DNA from: Candidatus Kaiserbacteria bacterium | GTDB taxonomy: Bacteria > Patescibacteriota > Minisyncoccia > Phycocordibacterales > Phycocordibacteraceae | Direction of reading: 5' to 3' | NCBI GenBank assembly: GCA_027451665.1 | Contig: DAIDIW010000001.1 | Coordinates: 5,354 to 69,353, forward strand | Length of the DNA: 64,000 nt | Shown: in pieces, positions 8,355 to 17,537 of the stretch | Numbering within the stretch: position 1 is the first letter of the stretch | How the letters are laid out: each line of letters begins with the position of its first letter | Program-made: the position numbers and the translations under genes | Notes under the pieces: generated by a model | What the model was told of the DNA's origin: nothing | The model's database searches: none | What the model saw: the letters and a program-made list of their open reading frames with translations, nothing else

Positions 8355-8426
8355 CCTCCCATCGTTCAACGGATAGGACGCGAGATTCCGGATCTCGTAA
8401 TGTAGGTTCGATTCCTGCTGGGAGGA
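8355..8426 (+). tRNA. tRNA-Arg (anticodon CCG)
   Basis: Acceptor CCTCCCA/TGGGAGG, anticodon stem CGAGA/TCTCG with loop TTCCGGA, T-arm GTAGG-TTCGATT-CCTGC, discriminator A. CCA is not encoded. Confidence 0.7.
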
Positions 8427-8436
8427 CCTGGTACTA

Positions 8437-8469
8437 AGGAAAGCGCGCGCCTCTGGCGCGCGCTTTCCT
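8437..8469. terminator. Bidirectional rho-independent terminator (15-bp GC stem AGGAAAGCGCGCGCc-tct-gGCGCGCGCTTTCCT)
   Basis: Perfect inverted repeat between the end of the plus-strand tRNA-Arg and the end of minus-strand rpsT. T/A-rich stem bases provide a U-tract in both directions. Confidence 0.7.
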
Positions 8470-8482
8470 TAGTAAACCGTTT

Positions 8483-8749
8483 TTACGCCTGGGCGCGACG
8501 AATGCTTGCGGCGAGGCGAGCCTTCTTGCGGTTGGCCGTATTCCCTTTAAGGACGCCGCGCTTCTCGGCCTTATCAATCGCCTTCTGCGCAGCCGGAAGC
8601 AGCTTCTGTGCACGTGTAATATCGCCCGCCACGAGCGCCTTCTTGAAAGACTTCGTGGCGGCGGCGAGAGTTGCCTTGCGGCGCAAATTGAATACGCGAC
8701 GACGCTTCGCAACACGATTCGCTTTCTTTGCAGAAGAGGTTATTGCCAT
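8483..8749 (-). CDS. rpsT: 30S ribosomal protein S20
   Basis: From the internal Met: MAITSSAKKANRVAKRRRVFNLRRKATLAAATKSFKKALVAGDITRAQKLLPAAQKAIDKAEKRGVLKGNTANRKKARLAASIRRAQA, an S20-like sequence. Confidence 0.85.
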   Translation of the reverse strand: MAITSSAKKANRVAKRRRVFNLRRKATLAAATKSFKKALVAGDITRAQKLLPAAQKAIDKAEKRGVLKGNTANRKKARLAASIRRAQA

Positions 8750-8851
8750 GTGGGCGGATAGTACCCTGAACTCCCCGAGGTCGCAAGTTTCAGCACTCAT
8801 GCAAATGGCATATAGTGTGCAAAGACCTGTCATCATCTAAGGAGGATTCTC

Positions 8852-9490
8852 ATGACCCCTGAAGAGGTACGGAGGGCGAACGCCTTGCTCGTTGGGGCCG
8901 GCTCCGACGTGATATTGCACTGGTGCTCAGCGATATTCAGGCGCCCTGCGCTCGCGACGAGCTTCGGACCGAACTCGGGCGTCCTCTGGCACATGGCGCA
9001 CGAACATTTCGGTCCAGATCTCTTAGCCGTGTATGTGGATCCCGGCGATCTTCCTGAAGCCAATAAGCGCTACCGCGACACGCTTATGCACCGGTGGCCC
9101 CTACGCCTGCTCAACCCCTTTGAGCCTGATCCACCGGCGACCGCACACGAACGCGCGCTCATGCACGCAGGCGGCACCGGACGTGAGCTCGCGTACGAAC
9201 GAACCAAACTGCTTACGCTGCGGCTCGGGCTACGGAAGTATCGCATCGACGGCATACTGTTCGGCGCGCGCGCTGACCAGGGCAAGGACGGTACCGAACG
9301 CCTTAGCCTTTCCTCACGCGCATTCATTGCCCGTAAGGATGGCCGGACGGGCGCATATCCAAACCGGCTCATGACGCATCAGGATTCCTTGGCCTATCTC
9401 GTACGGCATGACATCCCCTTCCATGAGTCCGGTCCTCCGGGCGGCGGGCGGGTAGAATGCGGTATCCATACGAAGGAGACCCTTCCATGA
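8852..9490 (+). CDS. PAPS-reductase / phosphoadenosine-phosphosulfate-reductase family protein (CysH-like fold, stand-alone)
   Basis: ALATSFGPNSGVLWHMAHE resembles the PP-loop region (SFGaeSaVLLhL) of the PAPS reductase family. 212 aa. Confidence 0.45.
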   Translation: MTPEEVRRANALLVGAGSDVILHWCSAIFRRPALATSFGPNSGVLWHMAHEHFGPDLLAVYVDPGDLPEANKRYRDTLMHRWPLRLLNPFEPDPPATAHERALMHAGGTGRELAYERTKLLTLRLGLRKYRIDGILFGARADQGKDGTERLSLSSRAFIARKDGRTGAYPNRLMTHQDSLAYLVRHDIPFHESGPPGGGRVECGIHTKETLP

Positions 9491-9551
9491 CCGGCGGCTC
9501 ATCGAGCCGCCGGTTTTCTCTCGCCGGAAGAGCGGGTGGTAGGATAAGGAT

Positions 9552-10109
9552 ATGATCCGTCAGATACGCGGCATGGTGCTCTCCGTCTCTCCGTTGTACG
9601 CGGTTATCGAGGTGGGCGGGTTCGGCGTTCAGGTATATATGAGCGCTCCCGAGACGCTTCATACGGGCGTAGAAGCATCGCTTGCAACTCACCTCTCTAT
9701 GAAGCAGGACGGCATGGATCTCTACGGATTCCCGGATCCGGCAGATCGCGATTTCTTCGAGAAGCTGCTCAGCGTCTCGGGCGTCGGACCGAAGACTGCA
9801 CTCTCTGTGCTGCGGCGCGCTCCGCGCGAGGCGCTCATGGGGGCGCTCGCCTCACGTGACCTCACCTATCTCACGAAGGTTGCCGGCCTCGGGAAGAAAA
9901 GCGCGGAGAAAATGCTCGTCGAGCTCGCCGAAAAGATGGACGGGCATGCGCACGATCATGCCGATACTGAGGTGTTCGATACGCTCGTCGCACTCGGATA
10001 CACCGAGCGGGAGGCGCGGAAGGCCGTTCAGGCGGTCCCGCGGGAGATCTCCGGCAAAGAAGCACGGCTGCGTGCGGCGCTCGGCGGCGCAAGGAACGAG
10101 TATGCGTAA
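9552..10109 (+). CDS. ruvA: Holliday junction DNA helicase RuvA
   Basis: MIRQIRGMVLSV...IEVGGFGVQVYMSAPE is a RuvA-like OB-fold N-terminus. HhH motifs are present (LLSVSGVGPKTALSVL, KVAGLGKKSAEKMLVEL), followed by a C-terminal domain III. Confidence 0.85.
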   Translation: MIRQIRGMVLSVSPLYAVIEVGGFGVQVYMSAPETLHTGVEASLATHLSMKQDGMDLYGFPDPADRDFFEKLLSVSGVGPKTALSVLRRAPREALMGALASRDLTYLTKVAGLGKKSAEKMLVELAEKMDGHAHDHADTEVFDTLVALGYTEREARKAVQAVPREISGKEARLRAALGGARNEYA

Positions 10110-11334
10110 GTTCCGCCGCGCGCTCCTCTCCCCCTACCACTATCTCTGGGCCATTGGCTCAGCCGTGTATTACGGATTCCCGGCGCGCAAGCTCATAATC
10201 ATAGGCGTCACGGGAACAAAGGGTAAATCCTCCGTCACGGAGATGCTCTATACCACGCTCAAGGCGAGCGGAAAGAAGACCGCCGTCGCAGGAACGATCC
10301 GTTTCGCGATAGGCGACGAGAATCGTCCCAATCTTTTTAAGATGACGCTCCCAGGACGCGGATTCATCCAGCGGTTCCTCGCGGAGGCGGTCCGGAAGGG
10401 CTGCACGCATGCCGTCGTCGAGATCACGAGTGAAGCGGCGGTCCAGCATCGGCATCGATTCCTCTTTCTCGACGCGCTCGTATTCACAAACCTACATCCG
10501 GAGCATATCGAGAGCCATGGGTCGTTCGAAAAGTATGCCGCAGCAAAGTTCCGCATCGGAAAAGCACTCGCCGCTTCATCGAAACGCCCACGCGTTATCG
10601 TGGCGAATGGCGACGACCCACAGAGCGCGCCCTACCTCGCACTTCCGGTCGAGCAGAAGCGTCCCTTCTCCTATGCGGAGGCGGGCGACGTGGCGCTCGG
10701 TGCCGGCACTGCATCCTTCACGTATGCGGACGTACGTTTCTCATTACGACTCCCCGGCAGCTTCAGCATCATGAACGCGCTCGCGGTCATCAAAATCGCT
10801 GAATTCCTTAAGCTCCCGCTCGGCACCGTGCGCGATGCGCTTGCTGCGCTCGAACGCATCCCAGGACGTACCGAACGCATCGATGAAGGCCAACCGTTCA
10901 CTGCGGTGGTTGACTATGCCCACACTCCCGATTCGCTGAAGGCACTCTACGATGCGTACCCGGTGCGGCGCATTTGCGTCCTTGGCAATACGGGCGGCGG
11001 ACGCGATACCTGGAAGCGGCCGCTTATGGGCAAGATCGCAGACGACCACTGCGCAACCGTCATACTCACGGACGAGGATCCCTATGACGAAGATCCGCGG
11101 AAGATCATCGAGGCAATGGCAGAGGGCATGCGCCGCCCGCCGGAGATACTCATGGACCGACGCGCGGCTATCGCGCGCGCACTCTCGCTTGCGCAGCCGG
11201 GCGATGCCGTGCTTATCACGGGGAAAGGAACGGACCCATTCATTATGGGGCCGCGCGGCACGAAGACCCCATGGAGCGACGCCCAGGTGGTACGGGAGGA
11301 ACTGGCTCGGCGTAGGCACAACCTCTCTCAATAG
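10102..11334 (+). CDS. murE: Mur ligase family protein, MurE-type (UDP-N-acetylmuramoyl-tripeptide ligase-like; lacks the N-terminal domain)
   Basis: Start ATG at 10102 overlaps the ruvA stop (the listed ORF from 9856 is an upstream extension). ATP-binding motif IIGVTGTKGKSS, and VVDYAHTPDSL as in MurE (DYAHTPDAL). Confidence 0.65.
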   Translation: MRKFRRALLSPYHYLWAIGSAVYYGFPARKLIIIGVTGTKGKSSVTEMLYTTLKASGKKTAVAGTIRFAIGDENRPNLFKMTLPGRGFIQRFLAEAVRKGCTHAVVEITSEAAVQHRHRFLFLDALVFTNLHPEHIESHGSFEKYAAAKFRIGKALAASSKRPRVIVANGDDPQSAPYLALPVEQKRPFSYAEAGDVALGAGTASFTYADVRFSLRLPGSFSIMNALAVIKIAEFLKLPLGTVRDALAALERIPGRTERIDEGQPFTAVVDYAHTPDSLKALYDAYPVRRICVLGNTGGGRDTWKRPLMGKIADDHCATVILTDEDPYDEDPRKIIEAMAEGMRRPPEILMDRRAAIARALSLAQPGDAVLITGKGTDPFIMGPRGTKTPWSDAQVVREELARRRHNLSQ

Positions 11335-11427
11335 GGCGAGTGCGGATGAGCGCTGACAAAACAGCCAGCAGAGCCTACGCAGCCGCACCTGTTTTTTGCT
11401 GCGCCTGTTCATTGCTATACTGGCGCA

Positions 11428-12387
11428 ATGCAGCATGATGCGTGGTTTTTTGTGGGAATCTTCGCGTTCATCTTCCTCATCTGGATCGCCACTGGCGGAC
11501 CGACCCACCCCATCGCTTTCACGGGCCCTACCCTCTCCCAACCGCAAGAGCTCGGCGGCGGCAGTTATCTCTCCTTCCCGAGAGCTGGCTTCTCTCTAGG
11601 TGGCGGCAATGAGGTTCACTTGCCCGGTTCTTCCAACGGTAGCAGCTACGGGGGCTCGAGCGGAAGCGTCCCATCGTCTGCGTCGCTCTCCGGCGTCGAT
11701 TTCGGCACGCCATCGCCGTATCGCGGCGCGGTCACGATGAGCCACTATGTCTCAGGCGCGGGCTCTTCGCAGCCCAACAATGAGTATGTACAGCTCTCGC
11801 TCGCTCAGAACGCCGCGCCGGTCGACATCACCGGATGGACGCTCGAGAGCGAGGCGACGGGCAATGCCGCGATCATCCCGAAAGGCACGGAAACGCCTCA
11901 CTCCGGCATCGTGAACGCCGTGCAGGATATCGTGCTCGAACCGGGAGAGACCGCGATCGTCGAGAGCGGGCAGTCGCCTATCGGCGCCTCCTTCCGCGAG
12001 AACAAGTGCATCGGCTACTTCAGTCAATTCCAGTCGTTCTCGCCATCGCTTCCGCAGGATTGTCCATCGCCACAAAGCGAGCTTGCCGCGAACTATGGCG
12101 ACAGCTACTACATCCGCGATGCAACCTGCATCGACTATGTGAAGACCTTGAACCGGTGCCAAGCCGTACTCACCCCTCCAACGACGGTATCGGGAGCATG
12201 CCAGACCTTTCTCGTGAAGTATCTGAACTACAACGGCTGCGTGAACGCGCACGAGAACGATGCTGACTTCCTCGATTCTACGTGGCGGATCTACCTCGGC
12301 CGCACGACGCCGCTCTTCCGCACGCAGCACGAAGTGGTGAAGCTGCTCGACAGCCAAGGGCGCACGGTCGACGCTTTCGCGTACTAA
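11428..12387 (+). CDS. Membrane-anchored lamin-tail-domain (LTD) protein
   Basis: N-terminal TM (FFVGIFAFIFLIWIA), a Gly/Ser-rich linker, then EYVQLSLAQNAAPVDITGWTLESEATGNAAIIPKGT...LEPGETAIV, which is LTD-like. Confidence 0.55.
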   Translation: MQHDAWFFVGIFAFIFLIWIATGGPTHPIAFTGPTLSQPQELGGGSYLSFPRAGFSLGGGNEVHLPGSSNGSSYGGSSGSVPSSASLSGVDFGTPSPYRGAVTMSHYVSGAGSSQPNNEYVQLSLAQNAAPVDITGWTLESEATGNAAIIPKGTETPHSGIVNAVQDIVLEPGETAIVESGQSPIGASFRENKCIGYFSQFQSFSPSLPQDCPSPQSELAANYGDSYYIRDATCIDYVKTLNRCQAVLTPPTTVSGACQTFLVKYLNYNGCVNAHENDADFLDSTWRIYLGRTTPLFRTQHEVVKLLDSQGRTVDAFAY

Positions 12388-12519
12388 GCAACCGCAGGAA
12401 ACGCTGTCTGCGCCGTCGCAGAGTCAGCTTGACGTTCCGCGACGGCTCGCGTCCGTATCTCGTCGCGCATCGAAGGCCGCGGGATTTTTGAAGAATAAAA
12501 TGGTAGAACAGTTGCACAA

Positions 12520-12592
12520 GCGCCCATAGCTCAGTCGGTAGAGCAGCTCCCTTTTAAGGAGACGGTCCCTGGTTCGAGCCCAGGTGGGCGCA
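12520..12592 (+). tRNA. tRNA-Lys (anticodon UUU)
   Basis: GCGCCCATAGCTCAGTCGGTAGAGCAGCTCCCTTTTAAGGAGACGGTCCCTGGTTCGAGCCCAGGTGGGCGCA. Acceptor GCGCCCA/TGGGCGC, anticodon loop CTTTTAA, T-arm CCTGG-TTCGAGC-CCAGG. Confidence 0.85.
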
Positions 12593-12612
12593 CAAGAAGC
12601 CAGACAGCCTTG

Positions 12613-12626
12613 CTGGCCGTCTCGGG
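12613..12626. repeat. Direct repeat CTGGCCGTCTCGGG (left copy) flanking the Type II R-M cassette; partner CTGGCCGTCT-GGG at 14124-14136
   Basis: 13/14 nt identical copies read directly on either side of the low-GC cassette. Confidence 0.6.
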
Positions 12627-13229
12627 TTAGAACTTTCTAACGCCAAGTCTGGGTTGGCCTGTTTGGCTTCGTGAATGACTTTTTGAACGACGTATCTCGG
12701 GCACTATCTTAATCGGAACCGGCAACCCGAGTTTCTGAAGCGGAAGGTAGCCGAAGTAGTATTGGCACCCGACCGAGTTTATGTAAGTGAGCACGTCCTT
12801 GTATTCGGGACGGTTGAACCAGTCGCTCAAGATATAAATGTATTCCACTTCATAGTTAAGCGGGGCGAAGAGACGCTGATACTGCTTCTTTTTGAAGTCG
12901 CACGTTTGTAGCTTCTCGTCCACGGAACCGGCGACTTTTTGGAATTTAATTTCGAGAATGAACATCGTGTTATTCACGATGACATAGAGCGCCTCGTCCG
13001 GAAGGAGACGTTTTGAAAGTATTTCTTTGTGCTTGACGCCCTGCTCCTCAAGGAATTTGTAGAGGCTATTTTTGCGATAGCTTCGGGCGACCTCTTTTCC
13101 GTTGTAGGAAATGACGTGTCCTTTCACGCTGTAGCCAGGAGTCTTTTTAAGAAGTTCAAGAATGTCGCGCTTCTTCTCGAAGTTGAGTCCCGTAATGGTG
13201 TTGCCGCCGCCTTTGCCGCCTGTAATCAT
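12627..13229 (-). CDS. Type II restriction endonuclease, PD-(D/E)XK fold
   Basis: 200 aa at ~40% GC. Candidate catalytic PDE...EIKFQK (D..ExK). Overlaps the upstream MTase gene by 4 nt (ATGA). Confidence 0.65.
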   Translation of the reverse strand: MITGGKGGGNTITGLNFEKKRDILELLKKTPGYSVKGHVISYNGKEVARSYRKNSLYKFLEEQGVKHKEILSKRLLPDEALYVIVNNTMFILEIKFQKVAGSVDEKLQTCDFKKKQYQRLFAPLNYEVEYIYILSDWFNRPEYKDVLTYINSVGCQYYFGYLPLQKLGLPVPIKIVPEIRRSKSHSRSQTGQPRLGVRKF

Positions 13230-14050
13230 ATTTTTACATCGTTGATCCGTTTGATGGAAAGATCAAGGTATTTCTTTTCGAGATCTATACCTATGAATTT
13301 GCGACCGTGCATGGCGGCGGCGATTCCAGTCGTTGAACTGCCAGTGAAAGGATCGAGCACTACGTCTCCCTTTTTCGTGCTTGAAAGCACGATGCGCTTA
13401 AGGAGATCGAGCGGCTTTTGGGTTGGATGCTTGCCGTACTTCTTTTCATCAGGGCGCGGCGTGCCCATAGACCAAACGGAGCGCATTTGGAGTCCAGGCT
13501 TCTTAAGCTGATCTTCCGGCCAGTTTCCCTCCTTCATAAGCTCGTAGTTGAAGGTGTGTTTTGCCTTCTTATCCTTACGAGCCCAAATGATCGTTTCGTG
13601 GCTCGCAGTAAAAAAGCGGCAACTTAAGTTCGGCGACGCGTTCGGTTTGAACCACGAAATATCGTTGAGTATATGGTACCCGAGCGATTGGAGCGCATGA
13701 CCGCACTGGTAAATCGAATGATAGGTACCACTTACCCAAATGGTGCCGTGTGGCTTGAGCACTCGCCGTGCCGCTTCAAGCCAGCGGTAGTGAAAAAGAT
13801 AGTCGTCTTCAAATCCCCTGCTCACGTCCCACTCGCCCTTGTTCACACTAACCATGCGCCCGGCGTGAACCGTGAAGCCGCCGTTTGAGAGGTTGTAGGG
13901 CGGGTCTGCGAAGACCATATCGATGGAGTTTTCTGGCAAAGTCGAGAGAAAGGCGATCGAATCGGCGTTATACAGAACGAAATCACCCTTCTGAAAATAC
14001 GGGCGAACAGCCGTAGCTGAGAGGATTTTAGACCTTGTCGCCGTTTCCAT
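13226..14050 (-). CDS. Type II DNA methyltransferase (beta-class N6-adenine/N4-cytosine)
   Basis: Motif IV FADPPYNL near the N-terminus and motif I LDPFTGSSTTGIAA near the C-terminus. ~40% GC versus >60% in flanking genes. Confidence 0.8.
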   Translation of the reverse strand: METATRSKILSATAVRPYFQKGDFVLYNADSIAFLSTLPENSIDMVFADPPYNLSNGGFTVHAGRMVSVNKGEWDVSRGFEDDYLFHYRWLEAARRVLKPHGTIWVSGTYHSIYQCGHALQSLGYHILNDISWFKPNASPNLSCRFFTASHETIIWARKDKKAKHTFNYELMKEGNWPEDQLKKPGLQMRSVWSMGTPRPDEKKYGKHPTQKPLDLLKRIVLSSTKKGDVVLDPFTGSSTTGIAAAMHGRKFIGIDLEKKYLDLSIKRINDVKI

Positions 14051-14123
14051 ATTTACATTTTATCATTACCCACCAAAGACATAAACTGACGCTCTTCGAG
14101 CGGGATAACCTAGCACGAGTTGG

Positions 14124-14136
14124 CTGGCCGTCTGGG
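14124..14136. repeat. Direct repeat CTGGCCGTCTGGG (right copy) flanking the Type II R-M cassette
   Basis: Matches 12613-12626 apart from one missing C. Confidence 0.6.
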
Positions 14137-14155
14137 ACACGAACGCCATTCATTT

Positions 14156-14827
14156 TTAAATCGAGAGCGCGAAGCGTTCGAGTTCGCGCGAGAGGTCAAG
14201 TCCTTTGCGGCGGCTGAGGACGATGAGATCGATAAGGTGCATCGAGAGACTGCGCGCTTCCTCAGGATTCCACGCGCGACTCCCCGTCTGCATGAGATCT
14301 CGGGCCTTCCAATGCAGTAGGCCGTGCACCATCTCGGGCGCGTCGCCTGCGGAAAGCGCGCGTACCACTTCGAGCCAGAGCGCGCGACTATCGCGGCTCG
14401 CAAGCGCATTCACGAGCGCGCGATTGAAGCCGCGACTCGCGGAGCGGGCCGCGGGCAGGTCTATCTCATAGATCTTTGCCGCCTTGCCGGCGAACTTCTT
14501 CGCCTTCGCCGCGGCGAGCTTCGGGGCGAGGATAACGATCACGTTATCGCTCGCTGCAAGCGCATCAACGGCGTCCTCAACGAGCGTGTTCACCTGGCGG
14601 TCATCCTCTTCCGCACGCACCGGAAACGGGTCGTCGATGAGCACGAGGAGTCTTCGTACGAATAACCCGCCAGCAAGCGCAACGTCTGAGAGTGCGGCTT
14701 CGGTTACCTCCTCTCTCGCGAGCCGCACGTACGCGAGGTTCGGTTCCTTCTCGCGCGCCGCTTTCACCCAGGCGAACGCCTTTGCACGTACCTTATCCGC
14801 ATCCGAGCCATGGAAGAGATAGATCAC
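14156..14827 (-). CDS. holA: DNA polymerase III delta subunit (short form)
   Basis: N-terminus MIYLFHGSDADKVRAKAFAWV resembles HolA (MIYLLYGED...). 223 aa, positioned between replication genes. Confidence 0.5.
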   Translation of the reverse strand: MIYLFHGSDADKVRAKAFAWVKAAREKEPNLAYVRLAREEVTEAALSDVALAGGLFVRRLLVLIDDPFPVRAEEDDRQVNTLVEDAVDALAASDNVIVILAPKLAAAKAKKFAGKAAKIYEIDLPAARSASRGFNRALVNALASRDSRALWLEVVRALSAGDAPEMVHGLLHWKARDLMQTGSRAWNPEEARSLSMHLIDLIVLSRRKGLDLSRELERFALSI

Positions 14828-14891
14828 CCGTTCATGATAGCAAACGGCGCCTGTTCACTAGGCGCCGTCGCAAAACACAGAGATCCGGAGG

Positions 14892-15083
14892 TCACCGTAC
14901 AATGAGCTTCACGCAACTACCGCCACCTTCCAGGCACATATGCCTGAGTGCTGAGACCAGGTACGGCCAGACCCACCAGAGTGCCGCACCGACCACCAAG
15001 ATGGCGAGCGCGATCAGAAATACCTTCAGGTCCTCCGAGAGGTTCGTGTCCTTCCTCGTTTCATATTCGTGTTCCTGGCGCAT
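14892..15083 (-). CDS. Hypothetical small membrane protein
   Basis: 63 aa ORF with a single hydrophobic helix (VFLIALAILVVGAALWWVWPYLV), between holA and polA. Confidence 0.3.
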   Translation of the reverse strand: MRQEHEYETRKDTNLSEDLKVFLIALAILVVGAALWWVWPYLVSALRHMCLEGGGSCVKLIVR

Positions 15084-15134
15084 GAGATATTCCTCCCTTT
15101 TCCGCGCTCCAATGAGACTTAACGCCCTTTCACG

Positions 15135-17537
15135 CTACGCGTCAAGACGCTCGAGATGGCCCCAGTCGGCTCCCGATTTCATCTCGACCGTAATTGGGAC
15201 ACCGTGCGTCTCGTGCTGAGAGATCACCTGCTCCATGATTCCCTTTAATCTCGGCGCAAGTTCGCTCATCCTCTCATGCCGTATCTCATAGATGAGTTCG
15301 TCGTGCACGGAGAGCACGAGATGTGCATCCTCCTCGGCACCTGCGCGTTCAAGCATCGCTTCCGTCTGCACCATTGCGAGTTTTATGAGGTCGCCTTCGG
15401 TGCCCTGAATCGGCGCATTAATCGCCATGCGTTCCGCCTGTGCGCGCACGTAGGGCAGTGTCGATTTCATCTCCGGGAATTGACGGCGGCGGCCGAAGAG
15501 CGTCTCGGTGTAGCCATGCTTCCGAGCGAAACCCTTTGTGCGCTCCAGATATTCCGCGAGAGTGGTGAACGTATGAAAATACTCATCGAGGAATCGGTGC
15601 GCTTCGGCGGTCGTACTGCCGAGCTGAACGCGCAGCGCATTTACGCCCATGCCGTAGAGGATGCCGAAATTGATGACTTTCGCACGCCGGCGCATCTCCA
15701 TGTCGACGTCCTCCGGCGCCACGTCGAACACCATGGCGGCAACTTCACGATGAACGTCCCTGCCGTTCCGGAATACCTCGCAGAGCTTCTCGTCGCCGGA
15801 GAGGATTGCGGCGAGACGCAGCTCGATCTGCGAGTAATCGAGCGCGAGGAGCGTGAAGCCGGGTGGTGCGACAAATGCATCTCGGATCGCTTTTCCCCGA
15901 TCGCTGTGAAGCGGAATATTCTGGAGATTCGGGTTCTGGCTCGCAAGACGTCCAGTCGAGGTGCCTGTCTGTATGAACTCCGTATGCAGGCGATCAGATG
16001 CGTCGAGGAGCGGCGGGAGGTTCTCGATGTACGTTCCAAGCAGCTTCTTCAGCTCCCGATACTCGAGGATATCGCTTACGATCGGATTCCCTTCCCGGAG
16101 CTTTTCGAGCTCGCTCTCTTTCGTGGAGCGCTGACCGCCCGCCGTGCGCTTCATTCGCTCAGGCTTAATGCCGAGATCGTCATAGAGCACTTCCGCAAGC
16201 TGCTTCGGAGAATTCACATTAAACTCTTTGCCCGCTGCGTCGAAGATACGTTGCTCGATGCTCGCAAGTTCCTTCTGATAGCGCTTTTCGAGACGCCCGA
16301 GCGCGGCGCGGTCGATGAGCACCCCTCGTGCTTCCATGCGTCGCAAGACTGGGATGAGCGGCTGTTCAATTTCCCGATAGACCTGCGCGACCCTTCCGAG
16401 CGTCTGGAGCTCAGCCTCAAGCTTCGCATAGGCCGCGGAGAAATTTCGCTCCTTCGTGAAGGCGAGGATGTCCTCGAGGCTCGGATTCGTGAATTCGGAA
16501 GAGATGAGCCAGAGCATCACTGCTGCTTCGGTGAGCTTCACACCGTCAACGGATTCCGCCGCCCGTGCATCCTCGGCAGCCTCGTCTTCTACGAACGGTT
16601 CGTCCTCCTTCGCGAGAGCCTTCTTCGCGCGTTCGCGGAGCGAGCGGAAGCCAAATATATCGAACATTGCGAGCACCGCGGGAAGCGAGACCGTCTCGCG
16701 CCACGGCTTCTCGGGAAGCGAGAACGCGACCGGCGCATCAAGACGTATCGTCGCGAGTGCTTTCGAAAAGCGCGCATCCTCCTCGTGTTCGCGCAGTAGA
16801 TTCACAACGCGCGGCTTCACGCCCGCCTTCGCGAATGTCTCGTCCGCACCCTTTTTCTTGAGTGCCGCATAGATTGCTTCGACCGTACCGAATGCCTGTA
16901 TGAGCTCGGTCGCGGTCTTGTCGCCAATGCCCGGGACTCCCTTGATATTGTCCGAAGAATCGCCGCGCAGGCCTTTGTAATCGGGAATCAAGGATGGCTT
17001 GAAGCCATATCGTTCAAGGACGGCCTTCTCGTCATAGAGCACCGTATCGTTCAATCCTTTCTTCAGTGTATAAACACGAACGCACTCGTCGTCGACAAGC
17101 TGGAGCGTATCCATGTCGCCGGAGGCGATAATGATGTCGAGACCTTTGTGCGCGGCGAGCTCATGCGCAATCGTGCCGAGCAGATCATCGGCTTCGAATC
17201 CTTTCCGTTCATAGAGCGGAACATTGAACGCCTTGAACACCGCCCGCGACTTCTCTATCTGGGCGACGAGCGCATCCTCGAGCTTCTGACGCGTGCCTTT
17301 ATAATCTTCGTACGCTTCATGACGCACGGTTGGGGCCGCGAGGTCATAACAGGCGGCAAGGTAATCCGGATCGAGATCGTTCACGATCTTGAGGAGCATG
17401 GCGACGATGCCATAGAGCGCACCGGTCGGTTGGCCGTCGGGGCCCGTGAAGTCCGGCAGCGCGTGATATGCCCGATGGATGATCGCGTGTGCGTCGAGGA
17501 GCACGAGCCGCGGTTTCCGTTTCGATCTAAGCGCCAT
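15135..17537 (-). CDS. polA: DNA polymerase I
   Basis: 5'-3' exonuclease N-terminus (KPRLVLLDAHAIIHRAYHA) and a polymerase domain. Start taken at MALRSKRKP; the listed 859-aa ORF extends upstream through tsaE in a GC-rich open frame. Confidence 0.85.
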   Translation of the reverse strand: MALRSKRKPRLVLLDAHAIIHRAYHALPDFTGPDGQPTGALYGIVAMLLKIVNDLDPDYLAACYDLAAPTVRHEAYEDYKGTRQKLEDALVAQIEKSRAVFKAFNVPLYERKGFEADDLLGTIAHELAAHKGLDIIIASGDMDTLQLVDDECVRVYTLKKGLNDTVLYDEKAVLERYGFKPSLIPDYKGLRGDSSDNIKGVPGIGDKTATELIQAFGTVEAIYAALKKKGADETFAKAGVKPRVVNLLREHEEDARFSKALATIRLDAPVAFSLPEKPWRETVSLPAVLAMFDIFGFRSLRERAKKALAKEDEPFVEDEAAEDARAAESVDGVKLTEAAVMLWLISSEFTNPSLEDILAFTKERNFSAAYAKLEAELQTLGRVAQVYREIEQPLIPVLRRMEARGVLIDRAALGRLEKRYQKELASIEQRIFDAAGKEFNVNSPKQLAEVLYDDLGIKPERMKRTAGGQRSTKESELEKLREGNPIVSDILEYRELKKLLGTYIENLPPLLDASDRLHTEFIQTGTSTGRLASQNPNLQNIPLHSDRGKAIRDAFVAPPGFTLLALDYSQIELRLAAILSGDEKLCEVFRNGRDVHREVAAMVFDVAPEDVDMEMRRRAKVINFGILYGMGVNALRVQLGSTTAEAHRFLDEYFHTFTTLAEYLERTKGFARKHGYTETLFGRRRQFPEMKSTLPYVRAQAERMAINAPIQGTEGDLIKLAMVQTEAMLERAGAEEDAHLVLSVHDELIYEIRHERMSELAPRLKGIMEQVISQHETHGVPITVEMKSGADWGHLERLDA

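Noticed and set aside
7298-8426. The two similar tRNA-Arg genes as att-type direct repeats bounding an island
   Set aside because: They share D and T arms but differ in acceptor and anticodon stems as expected for isoacceptors. The intervening genes (SdpI-like, small ORF) are GC-rich and host-like.
9856-11334. 492-aa ORF overlapping ruvA by 250 nt
   Set aside because: The upstream extension overlaps ruvA in another frame. The in-frame ATG at 10102, at the ruvA stop, gives a sensible Mur ligase start.
15276-16799. 507-aa plus-strand ORF
   Set aside because: Antisense to polA; a GC-rich open frame with no domain features.
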